Shown here one piece after another: positions 1-13,000 of a DNA stretch of 64,000 nt; within the stretch, counting starts at the first letter, position 1, and each line of letters begins with the position of its first letter. A program made the translations under genes and the position numbers. The notes below the pieces were generated by a model that saw only the letters and a program-made list of their open reading frames with translations, ran no database searches and was not told the DNA's origin. The DNA is from Perna viridis (lineage: Eukaryota). The stretch lies in contig CM074516.1 of the NCBI GenBank assembly GCA_037379345.1, forward strand, positions 47,467,626-47,531,625. The letters are read 5' to 3'.

Positions 1-760
1 AGGTTCGTAAACAAAAGAGTAGAACAAATCGCTATCGTCAATGCTATCCCCCAAGAGGTGCAAAAAAAAATTTGAAGTATCCTCTTTTCATTCAAGCTAT
101 ACGGGTTTATCTACCAGTATGTTCAATACTTTTACTCGCTTTCAATTTACGACAGCTTAACTCTGCTAGGAACATATTCTTTCGACACATGGGTACAAGA
201 AAGTGTTCCAAGTCAATAGCTTATAGGATTTTCAAAACAACAATCAATCATAGGATTTTCAAGCCAAAAAAAAAAAACTTGTAGCTGACACAAATAATCA
301 AACAGGTCAGAAAAAAGTGTCTTGGAGGTGCAGTTTTTGTCGCATTTCATGACCTTTCGAAAACCTGGTACTGCTATACAATATAATGAAAGTCTTTTTG
401 TTTCTCTCTTTTGGCTTGCATTGGCATGTTTAAGACGAATATCGGCGATATGGAGTCAAAAAAAAAAAAAAAAAAATCAATTAGGATACAATAATGCACT
501 GTTTCGTTATGTGCAATGTAATCAACTTTGGCCATTAAGGAAGTGTTGTTTCTGCTATTTTCTTTGAACTGCATTTATTGCATTATTGGTATTATCTTTT
601 TTATAATCAATACAGGCTTTTCGTTTTTCAACAAACTGATAGTTTGTATATTCTTTATTCCAGAAGCAATACAGCTTATAAGACTACAACATGGATAATA
701 ATACAATACTATACAGTTAAATTAAGATAAAATGCGGAGCATGACAAACATATTACATAT

Positions 761-3700
761 TTAAGAATTTCTAATCTTTTCAGCTAAAAATAAGTATTTT
801 CCAAGGTTATTTAACTCTTTTATATTATTAACAGAGAATAACTGCATCAATTTATAACAAGATGGGCGTCTATAATAATAAGGTTTGATATATTTTGTAC
901 GTATATCAGTATACTTTGAACATTCCAAAACAAAATGATACTCGTCTTCAAAACAATTTAGTTGACACATTCTACATATCCTTGCATTTCTATCGATATT
1001 ATAATATCTTCCAACTCCAGTAGCTAGACTATGTGCGTTTATTCTATATTTGGTTATAACATACTTATATCTGTAGTTAATTGGTCTATCAAGATAAAAT
1101 TGTAAATTGAATCTATCATAAATATATCTATAAAAACGACATTTTGGTGAAGTGTCAAAAAAAGCAGTAGCTTGACATATAAATTCATCCACAAGGCGTT
1201 GCCTGAATAAAGCAATAAAAACCTTTCCCTTAGTTACATTTTGTGCTAACCATACATCATTAAAACCATATTTACACAATAGCTCTCTTATTCTACATAA
1301 CCAGTTCATCTTATGATTTGGCTTTCCATAACTGGAAACTAACATTTCATTATAACAACCTTTCAACACACAATTTTCTGTTTTTAAAAGCTTTATCCAA
1401 TATTTCATCATTTTACAGTATCTACTTATATATAGAGGGACTCTGCCCAGTTCAAAATATACCATATAATTCGTAGTACTTTTCTTTACGTTTAAAACTC
1501 TTTTCAAATAATGCAAATGGAGTGTTTCTATATCTAAAGCTTTGTGATTACCCCATACCTCACTACCGTAATTCAAAATAGGTGTTACATATGTATCAAA
1601 TAAGGACAACATTGTCTCTGTGTTGAAATAGTCATCGTGTACCTTGCTGAGTAAATGATAAACAGCTTTCCGTCCTTGATCAGACAATAATTTTTGACTT
1701 TCAGTAAAATTACCATTATATTTCAACATAATTCCAAGATATACAAATTCATCACAGATTTCAATAGGTTTTCTATCTATCAACCATTTTTCTTCAGTCT
1801 TGACAATACCTCGATGTCTAAATACAACAATTTTAGTCTTTAATAAATTAACATACAAGTTGTATTGGTTTGAAAATGTATTAATGACATCAATCATTTT
1901 TTGCAACTCTTCTTTACTTTCGCTAAAAATCACTGTATCATCAGCATACATTAGTAGATATAGACTAAGAGCTTGCAACTTGTATGGAATACAATCTTGT
2001 TTTATCAATTCTATTTCAATATCGTTTACATACAGTGCATATAAAAAAGGTGATAAAGACTCCCCTTGCATTAAGCCAACTCAAAGAATTCGGAAAAAGT
2101 ACCGTTATGTTTAGCACATGACTTCAATTTTGCATACATGGATTTGATTAAATCTAACAATTTACCAGTTATACCTGATCTAGATAATTTGAGCCATAAT
2201 TTTGAATGGTTAACACTATCAAAGGCTTTTTTGTAGTCAATGAAACAACAATACAACCTTTTTTGTTTCTTAAAGATTTAGATACGATGTAGAGCAAATA
2301 TTGCGTCGTGGGTACCATACCCCGGTCTAAATCCAAACTGCACATCAGTGAGTACACTATGTACTTCACTTCACTTAGTAAGTCTTGCATTTATTATAGA
2401 AGTAAACAGTTTACCTAAGTTTGACACCAGCGATATGCCTCTGTAATTTCCCGGGTCATTAGCATCGCCCTTCTTAAAAATAGGTACTATTGCACATTTT
2501 ACCCAAAGTTCAGGAAAATGTCTAGTTTCAAGAATAGCGTTAAATAGTTTACACAAAACTGGTAATATTACGGGTTTACTATTTAAAATGTATTCATTCA
2601 AAATATTATCTACACCTGGAGTTTTATTTGTATTCAATCTTTTCACACTCTCTTCTAATTCCTTACTGGTGAAAGGCAGGTCCAATTCATCATAAATACA
2701 TGTATTATCAGTGTTACCGCTTTCAGGATTATCTTCATCACTTACAGTCATCAGTTTTTTAAAATGTTTCATAAACTGATCTGTTGATAAATCGTTATTA
2801 ATACGCTTCTTCCGTTTTTTAAATTTACCGTAGAATCGTTTTAGGTTGATCTTCTTCATCTTTTGAAACATATCACCTTGTCCGTTTTTATAACGTCGTT
2901 TTAATTTATTCTCAATAGTCTTATATTTTTGTTTTTCTGAATTCAATTTAAGTCTGTTTTCATTTGAACGATTTGCGTTGAATCTTTTCAGTGCACTTTT
3001 ATAGTTTATATAGAGTTCTTTACACTCGTCTGTTATCCACGGTTTATCACGTTTCATATTACATGATGAGTTAGCGTTAGCACAGTTATCACATTTAACA
3101 GTACGCCATTCGTTTGTTTTTGTAAATTTTTCAAAAACATCACATAAGAGTTCAGTCATATTCGATACAGCGTCATCGATTTTATCAGGATCAGGAGATA
3201 TACTTTGACACAGTTCATCAAACTTGTGAGCGTTTGCCAAAAGATCATGGTTTATTTCCTCCCTCGACTCGTCATTCCATCGTATCGTATCATAATTTAT
3301 CGTTTTACATGAACACTTTGGTTTAGGAACGAAAATTTTCAATTTCAAATCTACCAAAAGCGGAGCATGACAAGAAAAGGTATTAAAATCTCCAACAATA
3401 AAGTTGTCTACAATAGAAAATGCATTATTAGATAATAACATATAATCAATAATACTACATCCATTTTTGTTTTGAAATGTATACTTTGAACTTTGATCTC
3501 CAAATCGTCCGTTACATATTCTTAATCCAGTAGAAACACACAAATCTAATACACGGCGACCGAATGTATTGGGTGGTTTAAGGTCCTCTGTTGTTCTATC
3601 ATTTAAAGGTTCATCATTATCGTAATCAATTAGATCTTCGATCCTATTAACTATATCTATATTCAGATTGTCCTGCACAATAAAGTCCGGCTTGTTACCA

Positions 3701-4194
3701 ACTCGTCCGTTTAAATCACCGATAACGGCTATGTTTCCTAGGGCTGAATAATGTTCAATCTGTTCTTTTAAAGCGTCGAAAACGTCTATTTTGTATTTCG
3801 TATAATAAATGTTTTTGTCGGGAGGCATATAAATTGCACAAAAGTATAAATCTTTACCATCATACATTACATTTTGATCAATTCTAAACCATATCATGCA
3901 ATCAACACAGCAATTTTCGAATTTTAAATATGGATTTAACCATTTTTTATAGAATACAATAACACCACCTCCGTTGCACTTTTGTCTGGCCATGTATTTC
4001 TTTTCATAACCATCTATATCAAATTCTTTAGGACATTTAACCAAGCATTCATTAAAACATACTATATCATTATTGCGCAATATATCTATGAATTCCACAC
4101 TAGCGAGTTTTTTAACCAGGCCCTTCGAAATATTCCATGAACAAATTTTAATCTTTAAATTATAGATTTCACTTTGGTCACCCTCCGCAACTTC
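761..4194 (-). pseudogene. LINE ORF2 (APE endonuclease + reverse transcriptase), broken by two in-frame stops and a frameshift
   Basis: Track ORFs 2371..4098, 2071..2256 and 761..2071 are consecutive parts of one protein. Stops lie at 2371-2373 and ~2278, and a frameshift near 2075 precedes QGESLSP. Confidence 0.9.
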
Positions 4195-5367
4195 CTATCC
4201 CTCCCATAACTTTTCTTCCACGAACAACTTGTCGTCCACAAGATACGCCTTAATTTTTTCCCGTCGCTTCTGAAACAATATAGGAAGAAGTTTTTTCCTT
4301 TTTTCTAGAACCTCGGGTGGATATTGCGGACTGATCCCAAGTTTAGAGCCTTTTAAACGATTTGACACTTTCCTAACTAAGTCTCTATCAGTTAATGAAT
4401 CGAATTTCACGACAATTGGCCTGGGCCTTTCTGCATTCGTTTTCTTCTTCCCTAGTCGGAAGGCATTTTCGATGCGTAACTCGTTTCTCGCGTTTTTAAT
4501 CTTTAGCATATTCTCGCAAAAATCGAGAATTTGCTCAACACAGTTTTCATCGTTTTTTTCCTTTTGAATTCGATTTTCGGTTTGTGGTCTTTCTGCTTGT
4601 GTGTTACCTATCTCCGTGGCATCTCTCTTCTCCTCGCTCTCGTTCGTGTCCATACCGTCGCTCGTCATCGGTTTTTCGACTATACCGAAAAAAAGTAAAT
4701 TGTTCTTAAAATGTTGCATTTCAACGTCGACAAGTCTATCTTTGACATATTCAACATCTTTATTCATGCATTTGTTTGATTCTATCGCCTTCGTTAGATT
4801 ATCTAGTTTACTTTTGATCGATTTTTGCTTATCATGGACATTTGACAAAAACTGGGCGCTCTCTTCTAGAGTACGTATTCTGTCCTTACATTGAGTCAAC
4901 TCTTTTTCAACGTTTTTGAATTTCGTGTCTACACTATTTATACATTGCTCTATTGAATCGAGTTTTGTCAGTTTATTTTCGACCCCTTTCAATCTATCAT
5001 TCATCTCTAAAAGTAATGTTTCGATCCCGAGCGATATTGGTGGTCGAGGGGGAGGCGGCGGGGGAGTGCTTGGAAATTGTGGAAACTGTGGATACTGTTG
5101 ATATGAAACATTCGATTGTATGGGCGAACTTGTACACTGAAAACCTGAATTCATGGTGTATTGATCGTAATGTGAACGGTTTTCACCGTTTACACAGGCT
5201 AATGCTTCACTAATTGTCTTCGATAAAAGTACCTTATCGTTTTCTTGACACTTTCCTTTGTTTCCTTTATTTGTTTTAGCCGGTGGTTTTTGTTGATCTG
5301 AACTCGAGCTCCCGCTTGTAATGTTTCCTCTGTCGTTATGTATCTTCTTCTACCGCTTTTTGGTCAT
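4195..5367 (-). pseudogene. LINE ORF1 (L1-type nucleic-acid chaperone) with a nonsense codon near the start
   Basis: The track ORF 4195..5154 extends in frame to an ATG at 5367 (MTKKR*KKIHNDRG...). A single TAG at ~5350 interrupts it. Confidence 0.8.
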
Positions 5368-6882
5368 CACTTCATATAAATATTAATCCATAACAATGTC
5401 TTTCACTATAAATTATTTACAATTTTCGCGATATTTTTTTCTCTGTTTAAATTTTACTGCCATTTTAATCGCGCATGCCTACACCTTTTATGTTGTAGCC
5501 ACGACAAGAAGAAATTATAGACAGGTTAAGTGGTGTTCTTTTGAGTTAATGAAAAATTCCATGTTTATATCAAAGTCAAGAACTTAGATGGTTATATAAA
5601 ACTTAGGCCTACTAAACAGTTCTGTTTAGTATCATGTAATTATATTTGCAAATATACGAGATATTCAAACACTGGACCACATGGGAATTTGTTTTTTAAC
5701 TAATGGAGAAATGACACTTTCAAAACTGCCTTTTTAACAAGAAAATTCGATATTTTACTGCAAATGTTAGATATCAAAAAATAATTTCAAAATGTATTTT
5801 TTAAATATTCCCTCTCTAGTTTTTACATTTCGATACCTCAAAGGTCAAGGTCGGCCTTTCTTTTTGACTGCTAAAATTTGTAAGTGTTTGGCATGTTTAA
5901 CAAAAACTGCTGCGGACAGCACTATATGCTAGTGTTTCTTAAATAAACTATTGGTTCTTGTATGGAATGGAAGTTGAGCTGGTCTGATGTAAAAAAAATG
6001 GAATTTTTCGCACCAGTAAAGAGAAGTAAGCTACAAAAATGATACAACATTTTTTCTTAAAAATCATGATTGACTTTTGACCCCATTTTGTTAGAGACGT
6101 GACCATAATCGATTTGTACGACATCGCTATTTCGATAAAGCTTGAAATACACTTTCCATCTATTTATAATTTAGCCATATCATAATCCAGTGCATTAAAT
6201 TATCAAAATCGATAGCCTGCTATCATACTATTTATTTACCATGCCGTATTAGTAGCTCGACAGAATACCAGATTAACAAATAGTTTCGTAATGATGACAG
6301 GTAGCCGATAGGTCCGAATAAATCTAAACCAAAGCATTTTCTGAGGAATGTTACATTCCTATGAGAAAACGGCATAACCGTAGATAAGTTGGAAGCATAG
6401 AACATACAGACTGTAACAGACTCAAAGCGTAGAGACGGTGCGCTACACACCTGAATAGCTATCTATAGAAGAAGCCATAAACCGCGCCGATGAACTCCCT
6501 TAAATACTAAATGCCGATTGAATTGATCAATCAAAGCGACAACTGTTACTCATATATGTAATTAACTCAATCGCGTTCTAAAAAAAAACATTAAGCATAT
6601 GTAAAATACAGAGACTTATTTTAAAATTAGTTAAACGTTAAACTCCTAGCTCAGCTCATTACGGTTAATATCGATAACAAAAGCATGTAATAATCACGTG
6701 GTAGAAGCAAAACCACGCGTGCATGTAAACAGATTAAAGTCACTTCCATTACAGTACCGTTACAACAATTGTTTTCATATCCAAATCCAGAATTATTATA
6801 CATTTTCGTGTATAAATGATTCAATCAAATATATAATTGTTTCTAGAGTAACTCCAGTGTTCATAGTTATAGAAATGCTTAA

Positions 6883-7224
6883 CTATGGCGCGTTATTAGC
6901 GTCAAAAATAAAAAGTTCTGCCTAGCCTAAAATAAAGCTATGCCTAGTCTAAAGTAATTATGCCTAGACACTATTGTATTAATTGACCAATCAGAACGTG
7001 ATTAACATCCAGACTTCGTGGAATATTATGCAACCCTTTGTTACAAGGCAGATGATTTGCTCAGCAAAATTTATTAAGCACTCACAAAATTACTTAAGGC
7101 TGGGCTAAACTACTATAGGCTAGGCATAACCTTATTTTTGCCTAGGCATAAATACTTTAGGCTAGGCATAAATAGTTTTGGCTAGGCAGAACTTTTTATT
7201 TTTGACGCTAATACCGCACCATAG
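6883..7224. mobile_element. MITE with long terminal inverted repeats
   Basis: CTATGGCGCGTTATTAGCGTCAAAAATAAAAAGTTCTGCCTAGCC at the left end is mirrored by GGCTAGGCAGAACTTTTTATTTTTGACGCTAATACCGCACCATAG at the right. TGCCTAG/CTAGGCA is repeated subterminally. Confidence 0.85.
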
Positions 7225-8511
7225 CATTACCTATTTGTTTTCACTAAGGTAACACTTGAATGGTTTGAAATAAACCATTTAAAAGTATCCAAGTACTTAC
7301 CGCAGATTTTAATGACTTCATTATTTGAATTGAAGGCTACTACTGTCCATTGCTCCTGTTTAACAGTAAACCAGTCTGTCGGATTACAAGAACGTACAAA
7401 GTTACTTCCCCTTATCGAAGTCAAATTCAAGAATATGATAAAGGACTGTTGTTGAACCGACCATGACAAAAAAACGGATCTTACAAATATAATTCGTACA
7501 ATAGAGAAGAGATAAATCAACCTATTATTAGGATTGTTCGACGTTTTCATGATATTTTCTGTTTTTTAATAATTAAAACGTCAATTCCGTTGAAATCATC
7601 ATTTTTAAAAAATGAGACTAAAGAATGCTTTGGTTCAAAATCAAACATCTCTTTGAATAGACTTGATTGAAAGCACGTAAATCCACAAACATCAAATTTA
7701 CTTGTCATTACAATATACCGAGAAAAATAAATATTGGGTCATCAAAATAAATGGACAATTCAGACACATGAAATTGTTTCAGAAAATGTTAATGGAATCA
7801 AGATGCAATGAGATTTATATCAGTGTTTCATGGAAAATTCTTGGATTTCTGTATGCATTAAAGAGGCGTCAGGGGTTTGGCACCCCTCCTTATTTGTGGA
7901 AATTTTGTCATTTCATGAACAATATTGACTAAAAATGGTAAATAATGACCTAACACTCCCTTTTTTTAGGAATTCCGACTAGCACCCCTATTTCAGAGTA
8001 TCTGAAACCGCCCGTGCACTCGAAATTGTTTATAATTATAACCAAAATACTGCTTTAACATGCTTAAAAATTAAAGGTAATATCAAACAAAAAATTTCAA
8101 ATGGAAGAAAATTTGAACCTGAATAACGACAAAAACAATTTTATAAGCAGATAATCTTTGTTTTATTGAAAAAATTAACAGCTATGTGCTAAACTACTAC
8201 TACCCTCCCCTCCCCCCCAAAAAAAAATATATATACATACAGGTGATTATTGAGTATATATATATACAAGTCACGTGATAATTACCGACATCACTACATT
8301 TAACAGTAAGTATTAAAGGTGCATGTGTACTGAACATTTTTACAGTTATCTGCTGGGCTTTGTCACAAAAAACATCGTTCATTGTTGCGAAAATATGTAA
8401 ATTTAGGTTTACATTTCTCATTACGTCCTAATATTACCGCGTTGCATATGCAGTTTCGCAAGGAATAACAAAGATGACATTGAATTAGGTCAACTGCTGA
8501 TTATTTGTTAA

Positions 8512-9018
8512 GATGTTTGTTTGTTGGGGTTTAACGTCCGAGCAGCAATATTTCAGCTATATTCAGACAATGAACATGAAATGGATGATAAAATGAACAT
8601 AAAATGAAAAAAAAAAGGATGGGTCACAAGGATAATAGGGTCGACAAATTTTGATTGCCACTGGAAACAGGGGGATGGGTAAGGTCGGGCAATTTAGCCT
8701 CCTGTGGCGGAGCGCAAAGGTTCCTACTCCTATCGAATACCCCAGCAGGGTTCTTTAACGTGCGAGGAACATGGCATCTTTCCCAACACGTTGCACCACT
8801 ATGGTTTGCGGTCAGGTTTCCCGTATTATAGCCTGACAACCCCAGCATGTAATACGCCAGGGGTACCCCATTCCACCACCTGGGGCACACATCCCAGTTG
8901 CTCTGTGGGCAGAGCGCCTAGCCCCCGGCTAGGTTTCTGAGCACTATTTAGTCGCCTTTTACGACAAGCTTAGCACTGCTGCAGGCCTATTCTTTTAACA
9001 CCTGGACCTGCACGGGGC
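8512..9018 (-). mobile_element. SINE-like retroposon with an 11-bp target-site duplication
   Basis: TSD TTATTTGTTAA at 8501-8511 and 9019-9029. The body is GC-rich with a short (AAAC)n tail on the minus strand. The core GCACGTTAAAGAACCC resembles mollusc SINE central domains (from recall). Confidence 0.75.
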
Positions 9019-9054
9019 TTATTTGTTAACATAATAACATAACTGAGTAATAAC

Positions 9055-9492
9055 TATGGCAAGCCAAAGTGGAAAAAAATCAATATTTTGTAATATTAGA
9101 AATATGAATTTTTAATATTGCAAATCATTTTTTTATATCAGAAATTTATTTTGTAATATTAACAATTCATTTTCTAATATTACAAATTCCTAATTTAGTA
9201 ATATTATAAAACATCACACATTTTGTAATATTACAAATTGAAGATGTAATGTTAGAAAATGAATTTGTAATGTTAAAAAATCACTTTGCTCTATTGCAGA
9301 ATCAGTCACATTTTTTATATTACAAAATGATTTTCTAATATTAAAAAATCGTAATTCAATACAACAAATCAATTTCTAATATTAAAAAAGTGTTTTGTGA
9401 TATAAGAAATCTAATTTGTAATATTAGAAAATGAATTTGTAATATTAAAAAATCATTTTTTAAAGTTAGAAAATACACTTTGGCTTGCCATA
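9055..9492. mobile_element. MITE with 17-bp TIRs and internal TTGTAATATTA repeats
   Basis: TATGGCAAGCCAAAGTG ... CACTTTGGCTTGCCATA. The interior is built from semi-palindromic TAATATTA units. Confidence 0.85.
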
Positions 9493-10072
9493 AATAACTC
9501 TACTTTCACTTTTTAACTGAAAAAAAGTTCTCTTCTACCAATGTAGAACATTAATACACGCAGTACGCATTTTAATTTAAAATCTTACCAAAGTAACTTT
9601 TCTGTTATTGAGATTGTTCGATACACTGTGAACACTGTGAACATTGTGTAAACCGAACCCGGGTTAAAAATTTTGTTCGGCTTAGTCTTTAAAGGTCTTA
9701 CTAAACTGAATCTTAAATACAAGGACTCCTGAGTATGACAAGTTTTCATTAAATAAAAATTTGGTGTAAACGAACTTTCCTTTTGAGTTATTAAATTTCC
9801 GTGATATTTTAAGTCGTTATCTAAAACATTCATTGTATCGTCAAAGAAGTAGAACCACCAGTTTGCAAAGCAAAATGAATAAAAAATATAATAAAGTCCT
9901 AAAAATTGCAATTTTCTGTATTCTTTTTAGGGCGACAATAGTACAAAAAATGTAGCAGATTCGCCTAAGTTTTGTTTATGTCTATATTATTTTTTAGCAT
10001 TATCTAATAAATGAAAAAAAAAGATTAAATTTTAATGTTTTATATTTTTGTAAATTTGTAGATTCCTCGAGG

Positions 10073-13000
10073 ATGCTAAAACAATTTATAACTGTGTTAC
10101 TATTAGCTATTATACCTTTCCATATATACAGAGTCTGGTAAGTGTTTAATTTCATACTACCTTGGACGCATACTAAGCACTTGTTTTTAATAGTCGGAAA
10201 GTATATTGCTATGCCTATATTAATTTGAATGTAGATTACACATGAATAAAAAACAATGATTTTTTTAACGATAAAGCATATATAGTCATATAATGATCAA
10301 ACTATTTTAGTTCTAATCTAAGTGAGAATTAAATTTAACAAACTGAATAACTCAAAATAAAATGTACTAGGAAATGAATTGACCAAGGGTAATCAATGGA
10401 ATCAAGATTCTAGCAGAAATTAAAAGAACGTAATCCAAGGACAAAGACCAAACATGGGAAACAGAAGGTTCAATCAAGTACTATAGCCAATAGCAGATTA
10501 TACGACCAACCATTACATGACAATGACGATGCAAGGACAATGGAGACAGTAAAAAAACATAACGAGCTAAATAAAGCTTGATTTCAAAAACAACTGAAAA
10601 AAGTATCAGCTTAATACATTATATATATATAAAGGTCTGAAAAATTCCCAACGATGTTAGAACTGTCAAATTTGCGATGCAAAGTTTTGGTCGTTCCCTC
10701 CGCGGGACTCGAACTCGTACCGCTGTGACATCTATGGCAACACCGCCTGCGCTAAGCCCAGGGCCTCAGATCACTCGGCCAGCTAGGCTATATGAAAATA
10801 TAGCTTTCGCTGGCCGGGTCATTCCTCCTCGTAGTATTCTTTTTGGGTTGTAACTTAGTGCAAGATGTAAGGTGGTACACCACAGCTCTAGGTGTTTCAT
10901 CGGATCAAATTGATACAGGAAAGATAACACAGACAACCTGTGGAGGGAACAACAAAAAATTTGGTTCGCAAATTTGGAAGTTGTAATATCGTTAAAAATT
11001 TTTCAGACCCTTCTATGCTTGCGTTTTCTACTCGGTATCAATTTGATCCGATGAATCGGTGTAGCGAATGTAGTCGTCACATTCTGAGACGTATGTATAG
11101 TACTAATTTGTTTTGATACTTGTATGAATTGTTAATTTGATCATCTGTTCTACAAAAACAAAACCTAGATGAGCTGTCCCGTACTACCATACATCGTGTA
11201 GTAAGTAACAACCCTAACTTTATTCTACGAGTAGGAATGACCCGGCCAGCGAAAGCTATATTTTTATATAGCCTAGCTGACCGAGTGGTTTAGGGCTTTG
11301 TGCATATCGTATAAGATATATCTTAGTGCTAGGTACTATCTCATTATTTATGAAAAATAAATTTCATCTGCAACTGTAAAAAGTCAGAATAAAATATATT
11401 TACCCAGAACATTAGAACACAAAACTGTTTTTACATGTCCTAATTTTCTTTTTAAGTTATCGTTTGCAGTATGAAAGGTCAGATGTCATATTAAACCACC
11501 GTCCTGGGCCTTGTAAGCAGATCCTTGGGAAAGGTAAAATCATTCACTCACTTCAAAGCAGGGAAAATATGTGATTATTCTTCTGAAATGATTTGTAGTT
11601 CTTAAACAGACTGGATCTGAGAAGAACGTTCCTTTTAAATTATTGCCAGCGGTACAGCCCAAGCTGACATGTCTTTGTATGTTTGTATGATAAGTATTTC
11701 AGTAGTAAGTATACTGGGAGTTCTAGTGTCGCGAAATGTATCTAGCTGTAGTACATATTCGACCTACAATTTCATTCTTAAAGTCAAATTTAGATGTGAT
11801 TTTTAACGTATCTGTGCATATTTTCAACGGAAGTTTTAGAATTGTTCCATACGGTCAATTCCAATTTGTTGATAAACAACTTTGATTGTCTTTTATAGAA
11901 GGCAATGGTTCAGAGGATATCCAGACTCTTCCCGATGGGCTTACGTTTATCACTTCTGTAGGTATTATATGAGATATCTTTCAAAATAATTCATGGCCAA
12001 ACGACATGAAGAAACTTTAATGCCATTATAATAAAGTGCATGTCTACGACATTTTATTGATCTCATATGTTTGTGACACACAGTCTAATGTGTAACACAT
12101 GATTATCACATGAATCGATAATCTTTTCATGATTTCAGTTTTCAAAAGATTTTTGCATGATTAAATGATTAATATATGAAAAGCTATTTTATTCAAAACC
12201 ATATGTTTACAAGCCAAAAGTAGAATATAGGAATCATATAACTCTCATTTGTAAATTATCATTTGATTACGATATCAGTAACATATAATTGTCATATGAA
12301 TTGAGCACAATATGATTATCATATGTAGTACATTAGCATGTGTACTGCAATAAACAGATGACAAAAAACATTCCTCGTTTTCACTATTTATGTTAGTTTA
12401 AGAACAAAACAAAGGAATACATACTCAGACACGCATCTCTATTTCTCTCATGAAACATGGCCTTTGTTACAGGGAGTTTTTCAATCAAGGAAAGGGAGGA
12501 TTCTCACGTTTAACTTCACCGACGAAAAGCTGCAAGAATTAAAAATTGACGGTATACTGAAAGATTTTCACCCCCTAGGAATGAACATTTGGACTGATGA
12601 CAGTAAAGGTTGTATACAGTAATTAAATGATTTTTCATTAATAATTTACCATGATTTAGAGTGATTTGGAATACTGATATAGATGTCAGTTAGACAAAGG
12701 AAACCGAATATAAGCGGCTTAAAAATACCCAGGAAAGTACTAAAAACACAAATTTAAACTAAACCTGGTAAATTTTTAACAAATTTTAATTGATCATCTT
12801 TTTTTGCTTAAAGTATGGTTGGAGTTTCGTTAGTTTGTGAGCGTGTACTCAGCTCCTGCGTTCTCTCGAATGTTTTTGTAATAAAAATGTACAATATGTA
12901 TTAGATATTTCACAGAGATTTTTCAGTTTCAGAGATCTACTTTAAAATATATTTCACATTATGTAGACACACTCACTGTATACGTCGTAAATCACGGTAA

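Larger units (their letters stand above)
570..5485 (-). mobile_element. Near full-length non-LTR retrotransposon (LINE; ORF1 + APE endonuclease/RT ORF2; RTEX/Proto2/CR1-group), mildly decayed
   Basis: ORF1 has a coiled coil and an RRM-like RLGKKKTNAERPRPIVVKF. ORF2 has APE motifs (KICSWNI, GDLNGRVG, SIIDY, SCHAP), RT motifs (PGNYRGISL, QFGFR, FIDYKKAFD, QGESLSPFLY, YADD) and a C-terminal CRMC..EDEYHFVLEC. Ends are approximate, no TSD was found, and the clade is tentative. Confidence 0.92.

Noticed and set aside
10692-10790. tRNA gene
   Set aside because: A/B-box-like motifs are present but I could not build a clean cloverleaf, and it is embedded in a rearranged repeat. Treated as a SINE-type head.
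11462-11470. TTGCAG at 11469 as the PON exon 2 acceptor
   Set aside because: Its phase is incompatible with exon 1 (it gives a stop); the AAG at 11454-11456 keeps the frame.
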